DNA of 24,291 bases from positions 1 to 24,291 of the IMG/VR virus record IMGVR_UViG_3300048854_000095; one strand, written 5' to 3'. Positions 14,796 to 23,679 of this stretch are shown here, in pieces. The notes beneath the pieces were generated by a model. It saw only the letters and a list, made by a program, of their open reading frames with translations, ran no database searches and had not been told where the DNA came from. This stretch comes from a virus. Lineage: Duplodnaviria > Caudoviricetes. A program made the position numbers and the translations under genes. Each line of letters begins with the position of its first letter. The first letter of the stretch is position 1.

Positions 14796-15472
14796 CAGGC
14801 CACCCCTCCGATACCCTGCACGGCAGATACCGGACCGAACAGCGTCGATTGCGCGGCGGTGGGCGTCTGCCCCTGCACCTGCCCCTGGCTCGCAGGATCA
14901 GCAGACGCCGGATTCTGCACATTGGCGAACGACGCCGTGGCGTTCACGCGCACCTCTTCGATGTGCAGATCGACCGTCAGCAGCGTGGCGCCGTCGCGCT
15001 GCGTGCGCCGATAGTCGTACGCAACTACATTCGCGTTCAGGTAGACAATTTCGGGAGTGACGATGCTGTAGAGGTCCGTCGACTGCTTGGCCTGCTCCAC
15101 CGCAGAAAGGAAGTTCGCGCGGCGCTGCACATCGCCACCACATGCGAGGCTGACGACCGCCGCGTACGGCAACTGCACCTTGTTGTAGGACTCGAATGCA
15201 CCCTCTTCCTGCGGATAGTCGGACACGCGCGACTCGCCGTGATACTGGAGCGTGCGTACGCTGTCGGCCACTGCGACGGCGTCGCCGTTCTCATCAAAAA
15301 GACCCCAGACCGGCTTCCCGATGCTGAGTGCGAACTGGCCGAGGCCTGCCGCGACCAGCAAGCCGTTAAGCGACGCACCAACCTGCGCGGTCGCCGAGCG
15401 CAGCAGCGCGGGCACGCCGGGCAGCGCGGGAACGTCAGGGAATTCCGGCACTGGAAGGTTAGGCATCGGCAT
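14795..15472 (-). CDS. Tail tube initiator / Dit-like baseplate protein
   Basis: Follows the tape measure; VSDYPQEEGAFESYNKVQLP and YSIVTPE motifs. Confidence 0.75.
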   Translation of the reverse strand: MPMPNLPVPEFPDVPALPGVPALLRSATAQVGASLNGLLVAAGLGQFALSIGKPVWGLFDENGDAVAVADSVRTLQYHGESRVSDYPQEEGAFESYNKVQLPYAAVVSLACGGDVQRRANFLSAVEQAKQSTDLYSIVTPEIVYLNANVVAYDYRRTQRDGATLLTVDLHIEEVRVNATASFANVQNPASADPASQGQVQGQTPTAAQSTLFGPVSAVQGIGGVA

Positions 15473-17313
15473 CAGCTCACCCCGCTATTGGCCTGCGGCA
15501 CCGTGAAGCTGTGCCGCGTGAGCTCATGCCCGAAGTCGCGCGCGATGCCCGCCGCGTCGGTCGCCTTCGTATAAATGTTGATTGGGCCGTTCACGTTGGT
15601 TTCAGTGGTCGATGTGGACGTGCCGGGCGCCGCTGCTGACGATGGCGCAACGTCGTGCGCTCCAGGCGTTTGCGCAGCGATCTGTGCGGCGTTCGCCTGA
15701 CCGAGCGCGGCGTAAAGATCGGACGCGGCCCGCGCGCGCGACTGCGCTTCGTCTTCGGTGTTGGCAGGACGCTCGTAGTAGCGCGAGACAATGGCGCCTG
15801 CGTCGAGTGCATTGGTCGCGCCACGCAACCGGCGTCCGGCTCCCTGTTCATTGCCCTGCGTGAGTTCGTAATTGGCGAACTGCAATTGCTGGTCAAGCGT
15901 CGATTTGCGGATGTCGATGCCAAAGAGTTTGCGGAACGCTTCCTGACGGTCTTCGTGCCACTGACCGATGCCGTACGCGTGCCCGTTGTCGCCGACCGCC
16001 TGCGGGTTCAGCAGACTCTCTTTCCACAGATTGGCGACCAGTCCAGAGGCTTGCTCCCGCGACCAGCCCATCTGCATGAATCGCGCGACGGCCGCGCGCG
16101 CCGCCGGGTCTTTGCCTACGCCGCCGCGCCGCTTGTCGCCGACCGGGTCACCCTGCCACGTGTCGCCAGCCTTAGGCCGGTGCTTCGCAAGCTCATCGTC
16201 TTCGCCCTGATTCAGGCTCTCGCTGTGCAGCGCGAGACCGGCAACGCCGAGCAGCTTGGCGAGGATCGGCAGCGCCGCGGCACCTGCCGTGGAGACGCCG
16301 CCGAGCGCGCCTCCGAGTTTCAGGAACGCACCGGCGAGCGAGAGGATGCCCGACGACATCGAAAGCACCTTGAGCGCCGCCAGCGCGATCAGCACGTTCT
16401 TCCACCCGCCGACGGAATCAGCTGCCTTATCCGCCCATTCGATAAAGCGCTGCGCAGCGGCCACCGCGCTATCTACCCACTTCGTGATATCTGCCTTGTG
16501 GTCCGCGACCCAGTCGGCCATCTCTTGGAGTTTTGCAAGCCACTTCTCGAACACCGGCATAAGCTCGAGCAGAATAGTCGTGCCGACGTACTTCAACCGG
16601 TCGGAGAAGTCCAGCCATTCGTTCTTCAGCTTGAGCGCCTGCGCGGCCTGTCTTTCGGTGATGGCCGAGTTTTTCTGTTGTGCCGCGACCAGTGCGAGCA
16701 CCGCCTGCGGCCCCTGTTTCAGCAGGTTGAACTCGCCGTCTCCGATGCCCATCTGCTGCGCGACGAGACGCGCGCGGCCGGGATCGGTCTTGAACAGGCC
16801 CGCGATGATGCGCGAGCGCGCAAGCAGATAGGAGTTGCCGTCCTTCAGATCTTTGACCGAGCCGCCGAAGCGAAGAAACCATTGCTGCGAATCGCTCACC
16901 TGGCCGAGCTTGAACTTGGCCACTTCCTGCTGTGACGCCTGCAACGCACTGGTGATGCCCTCGGCGCTGCCGCCGGCGCGCTCGGCCGCACGCTGCCACG
17001 CTGACAGATCCTGCGTGCTCATCTGCAGGTTCTTTGCCATGAAGCCGAGGCTTGCCGCCGAGTTGATCGTGCTCTCGGTGAAGTTCTTGATGCCCATGCC
17101 GGCGGTGAAGATCGCCACCAGCGCGAGCACTTCATTGCGGACTTTCTGGAAGGATTCGGCCGCGCGTTTATTGGCGGCCTCGATGGACTTCGCGGCTTCG
17201 CGCTCTTCGGCGGTGAGCGTCTTGGTGGCTTTGGTGGCGTCGGCCTTACCGCGCTTGAACGCGGCGAGGTCTAGCCCGAGAGTGACGACAAGCGCGTCGA
17301 CGACAGTTGCCAT
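15472..17313 (-). CDS. Tape measure protein with C-terminal phage tail lysozyme domain
   Basis: MATVVDALVVTLGLD start, long Ala-rich helical body, then ASGLVANLWKES.LNP.AVGDNGHAYGIGQW...QQLQFANYEL...YYERP. Confidence 0.9.
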   Translation of the reverse strand: MATVVDALVVTLGLDLAAFKRGKADATKATKTLTAEEREAAKSIEAANKRAAESFQKVRNEVLALVAIFTAGMGIKNFTESTINSAASLGFMAKNLQMSTQDLSAWQRAAERAGGSAEGITSALQASQQEVAKFKLGQVSDSQQWFLRFGGSVKDLKDGNSYLLARSRIIAGLFKTDPGRARLVAQQMGIGDGEFNLLKQGPQAVLALVAAQQKNSAITERQAAQALKLKNEWLDFSDRLKYVGTTILLELMPVFEKWLAKLQEMADWVADHKADITKWVDSAVAAAQRFIEWADKAADSVGGWKNVLIALAALKVLSMSSGILSLAGAFLKLGGALGGVSTAGAAALPILAKLLGVAGLALHSESLNQGEDDELAKHRPKAGDTWQGDPVGDKRRGGVGKDPAARAAVARFMQMGWSREQASGLVANLWKESLLNPQAVGDNGHAYGIGQWHEDRQEAFRKLFGIDIRKSTLDQQLQFANYELTQGNEQGAGRRLRGATNALDAGAIVSRYYERPANTEDEAQSRARAASDLYAALGQANAAQIAAQTPGAHDVAPSSAAAPGTSTSTTETNVNGPINIYTKATDAAGIARDFGHELTRHSFTVPQANSGVS

Positions 17314-17316
17314 GCT

Positions 17317-17547
17317 TCATTTCCTCGGTTTGCTCAGCACGCGCTCGTTGTGGCCATCGACGACGATCACCTCGAGCAGGTTGTACAGGTCTTCGGCCCC
17401 GTAGATCGTCTGTAGCTCATGCAGCGTCGCGAGGCGCCGGGAAACCACTGCCCCGATGGACGGGGGCAGGTTCTCGTACTCGATCAGGCCGGCGACGTAC
17501 TGGCCGCGACCGGAGCCTGTGTTGACGGGGCGGCGGCGAGAAAAAAA
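17317..17547 (-). CDS. C-terminal (-1 frameshift) extension of the tail assembly chaperone (gpGT-like)
   Basis: The -1 frame after T TTT TTT (17547-17541) encodes 74 aa (SRRRP...LATLHELQTIYGAEDLYNLLEV...KPRK) ending at TGA 17319-17317, just before the tape measure ATG. Confidence 0.8.
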   Translation of the reverse strand, partial: FFSRRRPVNTGSGRGQYVAGLIEYENLPPSIGAVVSRRLATLHELQTIYGAEDLYNLLEVIVVDGHNERVLSKPRK

Positions 17548-17924
17548 TCCATATGCAGGGTGAGCGTCGCTTTGCGGAGCATCAACCGCGTGCCGATTTC
17601 CTCAATATCGTCGTCGATCAGCGGGCGCACGAACTGCGGATTCGCACGGTCCGGCACGATCTGAACGCAGCCCATCATTTCGTCAAAGAGCGGTTTAACA
17701 AGGTCATAAGGCACCTTCGTCAGTGACTTGAGGCCAAGCGCCGATAGACCAGCCAGCCCCGACTTCACCAGGTCGTCGGGTACATCGACGCCGCAGTTGA
17801 GCGCAATGAAGAGCGCGCGCGTGGCCCACTCTTCAGCCTGCGCCGCCGGCATTTCGGTGATCAGAAAGACCTTGCCCTTGTCGCGGCCCTCGGCCGTCAC
17901 GGTGTAGGTGAGTGTTTTTCGCAT
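17484..17924 (-). CDS. Tail assembly chaperone (gpG-like)
   Basis: Between tail tube and tape measure; GRDKGKVFLITEMPA...DIEE..T...LR; slippery site in the MDFF codons. Confidence 0.85.
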   Translation of the reverse strand: MRKTLTYTVTAEGRDKGKVFLITEMPAAQAEEWATRALFIALNCGVDVPDDLVKSGLAGLSALGLKSLTKVPYDLVKPLFDEMMGCVQIVPDRANPQFVRPLIDDDIEEIGTRLMLRKATLTLHMDFFLAAAPSTQAPVAASTSPA

Positions 17925-17926
17925 GA

Positions 17927-18355
17927 TCAGAACGGAGCCGGGTCGACGTTATCCCACGTGATCTGATACTCCATCGCCGTGAGCACTTTCTGCGCGTTCG
18001 GGATGGCACGGATGCGGGTGAGCACACCGTTGGTCAACGTATATTTCTTGCCGATCGACGGGATGCGGATCGTGGCGTTGGCCGGGTAGATCGTTTGATT
18101 CGCCTTCTGCGCCGCGAGCCATTGCTCGAACAGTGTGAGCTGCGGCGAGTCCGGCATGATGGTGATCGTCTGCGGCGTGTTGTACGGCGTGTAGCCGGCA
18201 TACATGTTGCCGTCGGCGCCCTTGCCGACTTCTGCCGGCTCCACATCGTCGGTCGCAAACATTGCATCGGCGGCGAACTTGGTGAGCTTCTGCGCGACAG
18301 GGAAGATCGTCGCGATCGACAGCATATATGTAGCGTTGGCGGAAGTGATATCCAT
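17927..18355 (-). CDS. Tail tube protein
   Basis: 142 aa directly after the sheath; DITSANA...GADG...ITIMPDSP pattern. Confidence 0.8.
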   Translation of the reverse strand: MDITSANATYMLSIATIFPVAQKLTKFAADAMFATDDVEPAEVGKGADGNMYAGYTPYNTPQTITIMPDSPQLTLFEQWLAAQKANQTIYPANATIRIPSIGKKYTLTNGVLTRIRAIPNAQKVLTAMEYQITWDNVDPAPF

Positions 18356-18367
18356 GTTGTTGTCCCC

Positions 18368-19858
18368 TTACTGCACCAGGATGGAAGCCATCTGCAGCAC
18401 CTGGACACTCTGTCCGTCCATGTACCAGTAGATAATAGGAGGCGTGCCGCGCGCAGCTCGCACCTGCGCCGTCGCGTCGAGCACCTGCAGATACCAGCCG
18501 CGCGTCGACAGCGTGCCGTCGATCGCAAGACCGGCTGCCGCATTCACCTCGGCCGCCTCCGCCGCCGACAGCGTCACGCCCGCGCGCTGACCGCCGAAGT
18601 TCTGGAACGCAGTGATGGGATCGGTCAGGAACGACTCGATCAGCGTGTAACCGTCCGCGTTGTACGGAATGGAGTTGACCGAGGTGAGCCCGGTCATCAT
18701 CGCCAGCTGGAACTCGTTGTTCAGCCAGATCTGATTGACGTACGAATCGATCCAGTCGTACTGGCCTGCAATCTGCCCATTCGAGAAAAACAGGAAGTCG
18801 TCGTTCGCGGTGGAGAAATCGCCGTAGCAGTTGTAGCCGTTCGCGAGCAGGTTGGTGTAGACCGTGCCGTCGGTGACGTCTGCCGAGAGACCATCCTGCG
18901 AGCGGAACGCAGCCGTCGCGCGGCCGTTGGTCGCCGAGAAGTCGAGCGATGCGACATAGCCCATCAGGAAGGCCGCCTTGTCTGCCGGCCCCCAGATCGG
19001 CGCAACGCCAGACCATGCATTCTGCTTCGCGAGGTAGCCGAGCGACGTGGTCGCCGGAACAGTCGTCGTCGCGCTCGCGTCCGTATCCCATGCGGCGTAC
19101 AGAAAGCGATTCCCCTGCTGCACAGTCCACGCTGCGAACGCCTGCTTCTGCGTGTTGCCGGTACCGCCGTCGGGATCGAACGTCGTCGTGAACGACGCCC
19201 AGTTGGTCGTGATCTTCTTGATCGCGGCCATCGCGGTCGCCGGCGTCGCCGCCACTGCGCCCTGCGACGTGACCGCGCCGGTCGCCTGGGTGAGCAGCAG
19301 CGATGCGGCGAGCGTGCCCGTCGCGAAGCCAATCGTCGACGTCGCGCCGGTCGTCGTCGAGGTGAAAGTGAACGCGCTCGACTGGCTGTCGAATGCGACC
19401 GTCGGGCCGCCGGTGAACGCGGCCGAGATCAGCGCCGCGGCATTCGAGAAGCTCGTCGCCGAAGCGAGATTGATGTTGCTCGACGTCTTCACCACACCGT
19501 CGACAGTAATCGACAGCGTGCCGGACAGCGCCTGCAATTGCGTGAGCGTCATCGACGCGAGCGAACCGCCGCGCAGATAAGCGGACACCGGCGCTGCCGG
19601 ATACTGATAGAAACCGAGCGAGCCGGGTTTCTTCGTTGAATTCTTGAAACCGTTGAAATAGACCGCCGCGAGAGAATATTCCGGGGACGATTCGCCGAAA
19701 TAATCACCGACCGCATCGATATTGGGAAAACGTGGAACGGTGCCAATCGGTACGCGTGAATTATTCGTCAACATAATGCCGACGAGGTCTAGCGCAGTGC
19801 CGCCCGCGCTAATAACGCTCGGAATCGCATTGGCAATCAGGGATGCTGGAATCGACAT
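18368..19858 (-). CDS. Contractile tail sheath protein (DUF3383-like)
   Basis: MSIPAS..., [39 protein letters not shown] and WYMDGQSVQ motifs; 496 aa. Confidence 0.9.
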   Translation of the reverse strand: MSIPASLIANAIPSVISAGGTALDLVGIMLTNNSRVPIGTVPRFPNIDAVGDYFGESSPEYSLAAVYFNGFKNSTKKPGSLGFYQYPAAPVSAYLRGGSLASMTLTQLQALSGTLSITVDGVVKTSSNINLASATSFSNAAALISAAFTGGPTVAFDSQSSAFTFTSTTTGATSTIGFATGTLAASLLLTQATGAVTSQGAVAATPATAMAAIKKITTNWASFTTTFDPDGGTGNTQKQAFAAWTVQQGNRFLYAAWDTDASATTTVPATTSLGYLAKQNAWSGVAPIWGPADKAAFLMGYVASLDFSATNGRATAAFRSQDGLSADVTDGTVYTNLLANGYNCYGDFSTANDDFLFFSNGQIAGQYDWIDSYVNQIWLNNEFQLAMMTGLTSVNSIPYNADGYTLIESFLTDPITAFQNFGGQRAGVTLSAAEAAEVNAAAGLAIDGTLSTRGWYLQVLDATAQVRAARGTPPIIYWYMDGQSVQVLQMASILVQ

Positions 19859-19883
19859 TTAATGCTCCGGAGAGGGCCAGCGC

Positions 19884-20423
19884 CTACGCTGGATAAGTGG
19901 CGTCCACGCTCACGATATTGACGCTCAATGCGTCGGCAAAATCCTGTGGAACTGCTGTGACAGGATTATATTGGATCGCAGCGGTTATTATCCAACGCTG
20001 CTCGAACTGGTTTTCTCCGTTAATAAACGGCATTTGTTTCGCGTCGTCGCAATACAGCGGCTGAATATCAAGGCCCGACGTGGCGAATGAATCGACCGCA
20101 TATTGGCTGCGGAAAAGCGTTTCGATCATCGCGGCGTTATCTGCTGAGTTCGGGCCGTGAATGTCGATCTGGATCATCGACCGCGTGGCGCGCTCGTAGT
20201 TGGCAGTGCCGGGGTTCGTGCCCGGGTCCGTGTAGGTCGTGTCGTTCGTCGAGAGCCGCGCCTGCGAGAGCGGCGTCATGACGAGAAAGTCATCGCCGAG
20301 CGGCTCGGGCACGCGGTTATCCTGCCCGTAGATAACCTCCACGCCGGCCGCCACAATCGAGAGCAGAAAAGTGCGCAGCGCGGCGAGCACATTGTCTTCG
20401 GTGATGCTGACGGTCGTGGGCAT
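19884..20423 (-). CDS. Tail terminator / neck protein
   Basis: Likely start MPTTVS at 20423; GQDNRVPEP, QIDIHGP and PLYCDD..QMPFINGENQFEQRW motifs; directly upstream of the sheath. Confidence 0.75.
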   Translation of the reverse strand: MPTTVSITEDNVLAALRTFLLSIVAAGVEVIYGQDNRVPEPLGDDFLVMTPLSQARLSTNDTTYTDPGTNPGTANYERATRSMIQIDIHGPNSADNAAMIETLFRSQYAVDSFATSGLDIQPLYCDDAKQMPFINGENQFEQRWIITAAIQYNPVTAVPQDFADALSVNIVSVDATYPA

Positions 20424-20425
20424 GG

Positions 20426-20824
20426 TCAAGCCTTCTGGAGTTGGATCGCGAGCGAGCACCAGTCCGGCCACGTCTCGAGCACCTGCACGACAAGCCACGT
20501 GGTACCGCGCAGATCGGCGCGCACGTCAGGCGTGTTGCCGAATGCGATCAGGTCGCCGCCTTCCGAGTCGGCGCGATAGATGCCGCGCCAGTCGCCATTC
20601 AGGCGCGCGCTGCGCAGCACGCCGGTGATGTTCAGACTGTCCAGGTGCTGGATTTGCGGCGCGGACAGCGCCTGCACCTGAACGAGCGCGCCAACCGGCG
20701 CGGCATAGCTCGGGATGCGCTTGCCGCTCGGCGACGTCGTGTAACCGGTGCTGCGCGAGAGCTGCGCCGCGGTGTTCGGATTGATCGAGCTCGTGACGCT
20801 GTTTGCGATGCCGCGAAGATTCAT
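20426..20824 (-). CDS. Head closure / head-tail joining protein
   Basis: MNLRGIA..., QVQALS, GGDL and WLVVQVLETWPDW motifs; synteny. Confidence 0.72.
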   Translation of the reverse strand: MNLRGIANSVTSSINPNTAAQLSRSTGYTTSPSGKRIPSYAAPVGALVQVQALSAPQIQHLDSLNITGVLRSARLNGDWRGIYRADSEGGDLIAFGNTPDVRADLRGTTWLVVQVLETWPDWCSLAIQLQKA

Positions 20825-21303
20825 TCTTGTGGCCCGTCCACGATGTCGTATGCGATGGAGTGCTGCATCGGCGCCTGCGCTGATCCGCGCAGCGGGCCGT
20901 CGAAGCCTTTTTTCTTGATGGTCGAGGGCGCGTTGGCCGGCGTGGCGAATGTGCCGATGGTCTGCTGTATGTCCACCACCGCCGCTTCGCCAGCGAGCCG
21001 CAACGCCTGGTCGAAGTTGCCACCATTGCGCTGCAGGGTCACGCCGACGATCTTCGCCCAGCGCGCGGCTTTCGAGTCTGCTGTCGTGCGCATGAACGGA
21101 CGCGCCGGCGTGATGATGGTCTTGCCGTCGACGATGCGAACCGTGCCGTACTCATTCCAGAATCCGACGAGTGCCGTGGGCGTTCCATCGGGTTCGGTGG
21201 CACCTTCGAGGATGCCGGCGCGCATAGTGAGCGTTGCCTGGTCGAGGTATCGCGCGAGCGCTGCGTCGAGCTTTACGCCGCCCGCGACCTTAACGGCACA
21301 CAT
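20821..21303 (-). CDS. Neck / tail completion protein
   Basis: WNEYGT, PARPFMR and NAPSTIKKKGFDGPL motifs typical of myovirus morphogenesis proteins. Confidence 0.75.
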   Translation of the reverse strand: MCAVKVAGGVKLDAALARYLDQATLTMRAGILEGATEPDGTPTALVGFWNEYGTVRIVDGKTIITPARPFMRTTADSKAARWAKIVGVTLQRNGGNFDQALRLAGEAAVVDIQQTIGTFATPANAPSTIKKKGFDGPLRGSAQAPMQHSIAYDIVDGPQE

Positions 21304-21709
21304 AGGGTGCGGGAAAATACCGGAATGAGCGATACGGCAGAGCCATCTGCCAGAACATGAAGCCGTACTCGGACTGGGTCCAGAAGGCCGCGTTCTTCGC
21401 TTGCACGGCGACGAGCGAGACGTTCACCGAGCCTTCACCGGCCGATGCGATCTGGCCGACGAGCGCCGCGTTATCGCCGTTCGATCCCGCCGCCCGTCCC
21501 ATCAGAAAAGCGATGTGCGCCGTGATCAGGTTGAGCAGCTGCGCGCGCGTAGTGAGGTCTTGAACGATCGAACACGGCGAGTTGTTCAGATACAACGTCG
21601 CCATGTTGAAGTAGGAAGTGAGCGTGCCCGGCTGCACCGCCGCGAAAGCAGGAAACTGCAGGATGAACGCTGCAGGATCGAACGTGACGGTGCCGGCGGG
21701 CGTGCTCAC
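21290..21709 (-). CDS. Head-tail adaptor (DUF4054-like)
   Basis: FDPAAFILQFPAF, LITAH, ASAGEGSVNVS and WTQSEYG..FW motifs. Confidence 0.82.
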   Translation of the reverse strand: MSTPAGTVTFDPAAFILQFPAFAAVQPGTLTSYFNMATLYLNNSPCSIVQDLTTRAQLLNLITAHIAFLMGRAAGSNGDNAALVGQIASAGEGSVNVSLVAVQAKNAAFWTQSEYGFMFWQMALPYRSFRYFPAPYVCR

Positions 21710-22180
21710 TTAGGCTTGCCCCTCGGATTTGACGCCGGCAAGGTTGCGCGCGTTGGCGTCCTTGTCGTTGTTCGGATCCTTCGCGGGGTCGATCGGCTCG
21801 AAGCCGGTCTTCTCATCGGTCTTTTCCTTCGCCTCGGCAATGGCCGACTTCTGATCGTTGGCGTCCTTCGCGAAGATCAGTTCGTTCTTGTGCGCCAGCG
21901 AGTCGCCGTGCTGCTCGACGATCCATGCCCAGGCATCGGGATCCACGTTGCGGGTAACGCCGAAGCCTGCAACGCTGTCGCGCCCGGGCATACCGCTAAC
22001 CTGCAGCGGCGAACGCTCGTCGCCGAGAGCACCGACGATCCGCAGTTCCTCGCCGTTGGGGAGGGTGTAGCGAATGCCGTGGGGCAGTTTGCAGAACACG
22101 GTGACCGTGTTGCCTTGTGTCACCTTCTTGCTGCCCGCCGGCTTCTTCTCGGCGTCGTTGGGTTGAGTTGCGTCAGTCAT
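21710..22180 (-). CDS. Conserved phage protein downstream of the major capsid gene
   Basis: VTVFCKLPHG, GFGVTRNVD..AW.W and KTGFEPIDP motifs; tightly packed between neighbours. Confidence 0.75.
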   Translation of the reverse strand: MTDATQPNDAEKKPAGSKKVTQGNTVTVFCKLPHGIRYTLPNGEELRIVGALGDERSPLQVSGMPGRDSVAGFGVTRNVDPDAWAWIVEQHGDSLAHKNELIFAKDANDQKSAIAEAKEKTDEKTGFEPIDPAKDPNNDKDANARNLAGVKSEGQA

Positions 22181-22183
22181 TGC

Positions 22184-23194
22184 TTAGACTCCGAGCATTT
22201 GCGCGATGAAGTTCGGGTAGTAGATCACCGCACCCCAGTTGCGCCCGGACTTCTTCTCCGAGTACGAGGACGAGTGACGCACCACGCCGTGCGCGCGCAT
22301 GCGCTCGGCGTATCCCAGTTCGCCGGTCGGCTGGCCCTCGACGTTCTTCGCGATCATCTGCACGAGGTTGCCGCCGCTCGTAGCAAATTCCGGAATCGTC
22401 TCGATGGTCATGTTCGGATAGGCGAGCTTCAACCGATCCTTAAGCACCTGACCGTAGGTGTTCTGCTTCGTCAGGTTTTGCTCGACCACGTTCGGGATGC
22501 CGACCGTGACTTCGCTCTTCGTGTTGATCAGGCCGTTGCCCTGCGCGATGAGGTTCGCCCACAACGTAACGAAGTCGGCGTAGATCTCGTCCGAGGTCTT
22601 TTGCGCCCACGTCGTGCCGCCTACGCCAGTACCCGGTGCGACCGGCGCGACCAGCGACGGGTCGTTCATCAGGCCGTAGTTCTGGAGGCCAGAAACGCCG
22701 AACAGGTTGATCGCGTTTTCCTTCTTGCGAAGAATCAGCGCCGAGGCGATCTGTTGCCGCGCGGCATAGTCGAGACGCGCCTTGGCGGCCACTGCCATCT
22801 GACGATCGCCCCATTGGGTGTTCGTCTGATAGCCGTAGGCCTGACGTTGCGGGAACACAGCGTTGTGACCGGACATGCCGTTCTCGCTGTAGTCGCCGTA
22901 CGTCGCGGTCTCACCGACGTTTTCCACGACCATGAACGTCGCGGTATCGGTCGCCCAATCTCCTTTCTGAACGGCGCTGTAGAGCAGTTCGGAGTTCATC
23001 GGCGCCACCAGCACTTCGATCACACGCGGATCAAAGTAGTTGGTGAGCATCGCAGGGATGCCATTGTTGGGCGTCGTGACCATCGGCCCGGCCGCGTCCA
23101 TTGCCGCGACGAGTTTGGTGCGCGTCGGTGCGTCGAGCAGCTCGGCACCCGGGGCGAGGTGGATGCCATAGTCCCGCAGTTGATCGAGTTTCAT
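22184..23194 (-). CDS. Major capsid protein (DUF2184-like, HK97 fold)
   Basis: NNGIPAMLTNYFDP, KGDW, YGDYS, FGVSGLQNYGLMNDP and WGAVIYYP...QMLGV motifs; 336 aa. Confidence 0.88.
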   Translation of the reverse strand: MKLDQLRDYGIHLAPGAELLDAPTRTKLVAAMDAAGPMVTTPNNGIPAMLTNYFDPRVIEVLVAPMNSELLYSAVQKGDWATDTATFMVVENVGETATYGDYSENGMSGHNAVFPQRQAYGYQTNTQWGDRQMAVAAKARLDYAARQQIASALILRKKENAINLFGVSGLQNYGLMNDPSLVAPVAPGTGVGGTTWAQKTSDEIYADFVTLWANLIAQGNGLINTKSEVTVGIPNVVEQNLTKQNTYGQVLKDRLKLAYPNMTIETIPEFATSGGNLVQMIAKNVEGQPTGELGYAERMRAHGVVRHSSSYSEKKSGRNWGAVIYYPNFIAQMLGV

Positions 23195-23667
23195 GCGAAG
23201 TTGCTCCAGGTCGAGATCTTGATGACGCTATTGGCGGCGCCGCCACGCTCCACCGCGAACGGTGTTTCGATGGCCCCCGAAATCGTTGCTCCCTTTGCGC
23301 CGAACTGGAGCGTGCCGTCTGCGAGCGTGGCGAAGACCTTCTGGCCTTGCGTCGCGACGTTTGCCGACGTAGCGAAAAACTCGCCGCGCTCAGCGACTTC
23401 CACCGGGAAGCCCGCCGGCACTTGCATGCTGGCTTCCTGCAGGTAGTTCGGGACAATCCCCGACTGATTGCGGATCGCAAATCCGAGCGGGAGGCCGCTG
23501 CCAGTGTTCTGCACCTGGTTGTCAGTGTCGGTGCCCGGCCAGACGAAGCGCGCGACGGTGACAGCGGTCTGCGCGATACGCGAGATCACCGCGATCGGGT
23601 TCATCGATGCGCGGTCGCCCGGCACACCGACTTCAGGCTGGAGACGTACTGCGGTCGGGAAGGTCAT
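23191..23667 (-). CDS. Capsid decoration/cement protein
   Basis: FPTAV...GVPGDRAS.NP, ARFVW, GEFFA and GQKVFA...DG motifs; lies between scaffold and capsid genes. Confidence 0.78.
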   Translation of the reverse strand: MTFPTAVRLQPEVGVPGDRASMNPIAVISRIAQTAVTVARFVWPGTDTDNQVQNTGSGLPLGFAIRNQSGIVPNYLQEASMQVPAGFPVEVAERGEFFATSANVATQGQKVFATLADGTLQFGAKGATISGAIETPFAVERGGAANSVIKISTWSNFA

Positions 23668-23679
23668 GATGTGCCGTCC

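Noticed and set aside
15655-16935. 426-aa + strand ORF antisense to the tape measure
   Set aside because: Shadow ORF with no recognisable domain.
17949-19639. Long alternate-frame ORFs (393 aa on -, 514 aa on +) over the sheath and tube genes
   Set aside because: Arg-rich products typical of off-frame reading of GC-rich genes.
21401-23446. 681-aa + strand ORF antisense to the capsid region
   Set aside because: Spans four well-supported - strand genes; no motifs; explained by stop-codon scarcity in the antisense frame.
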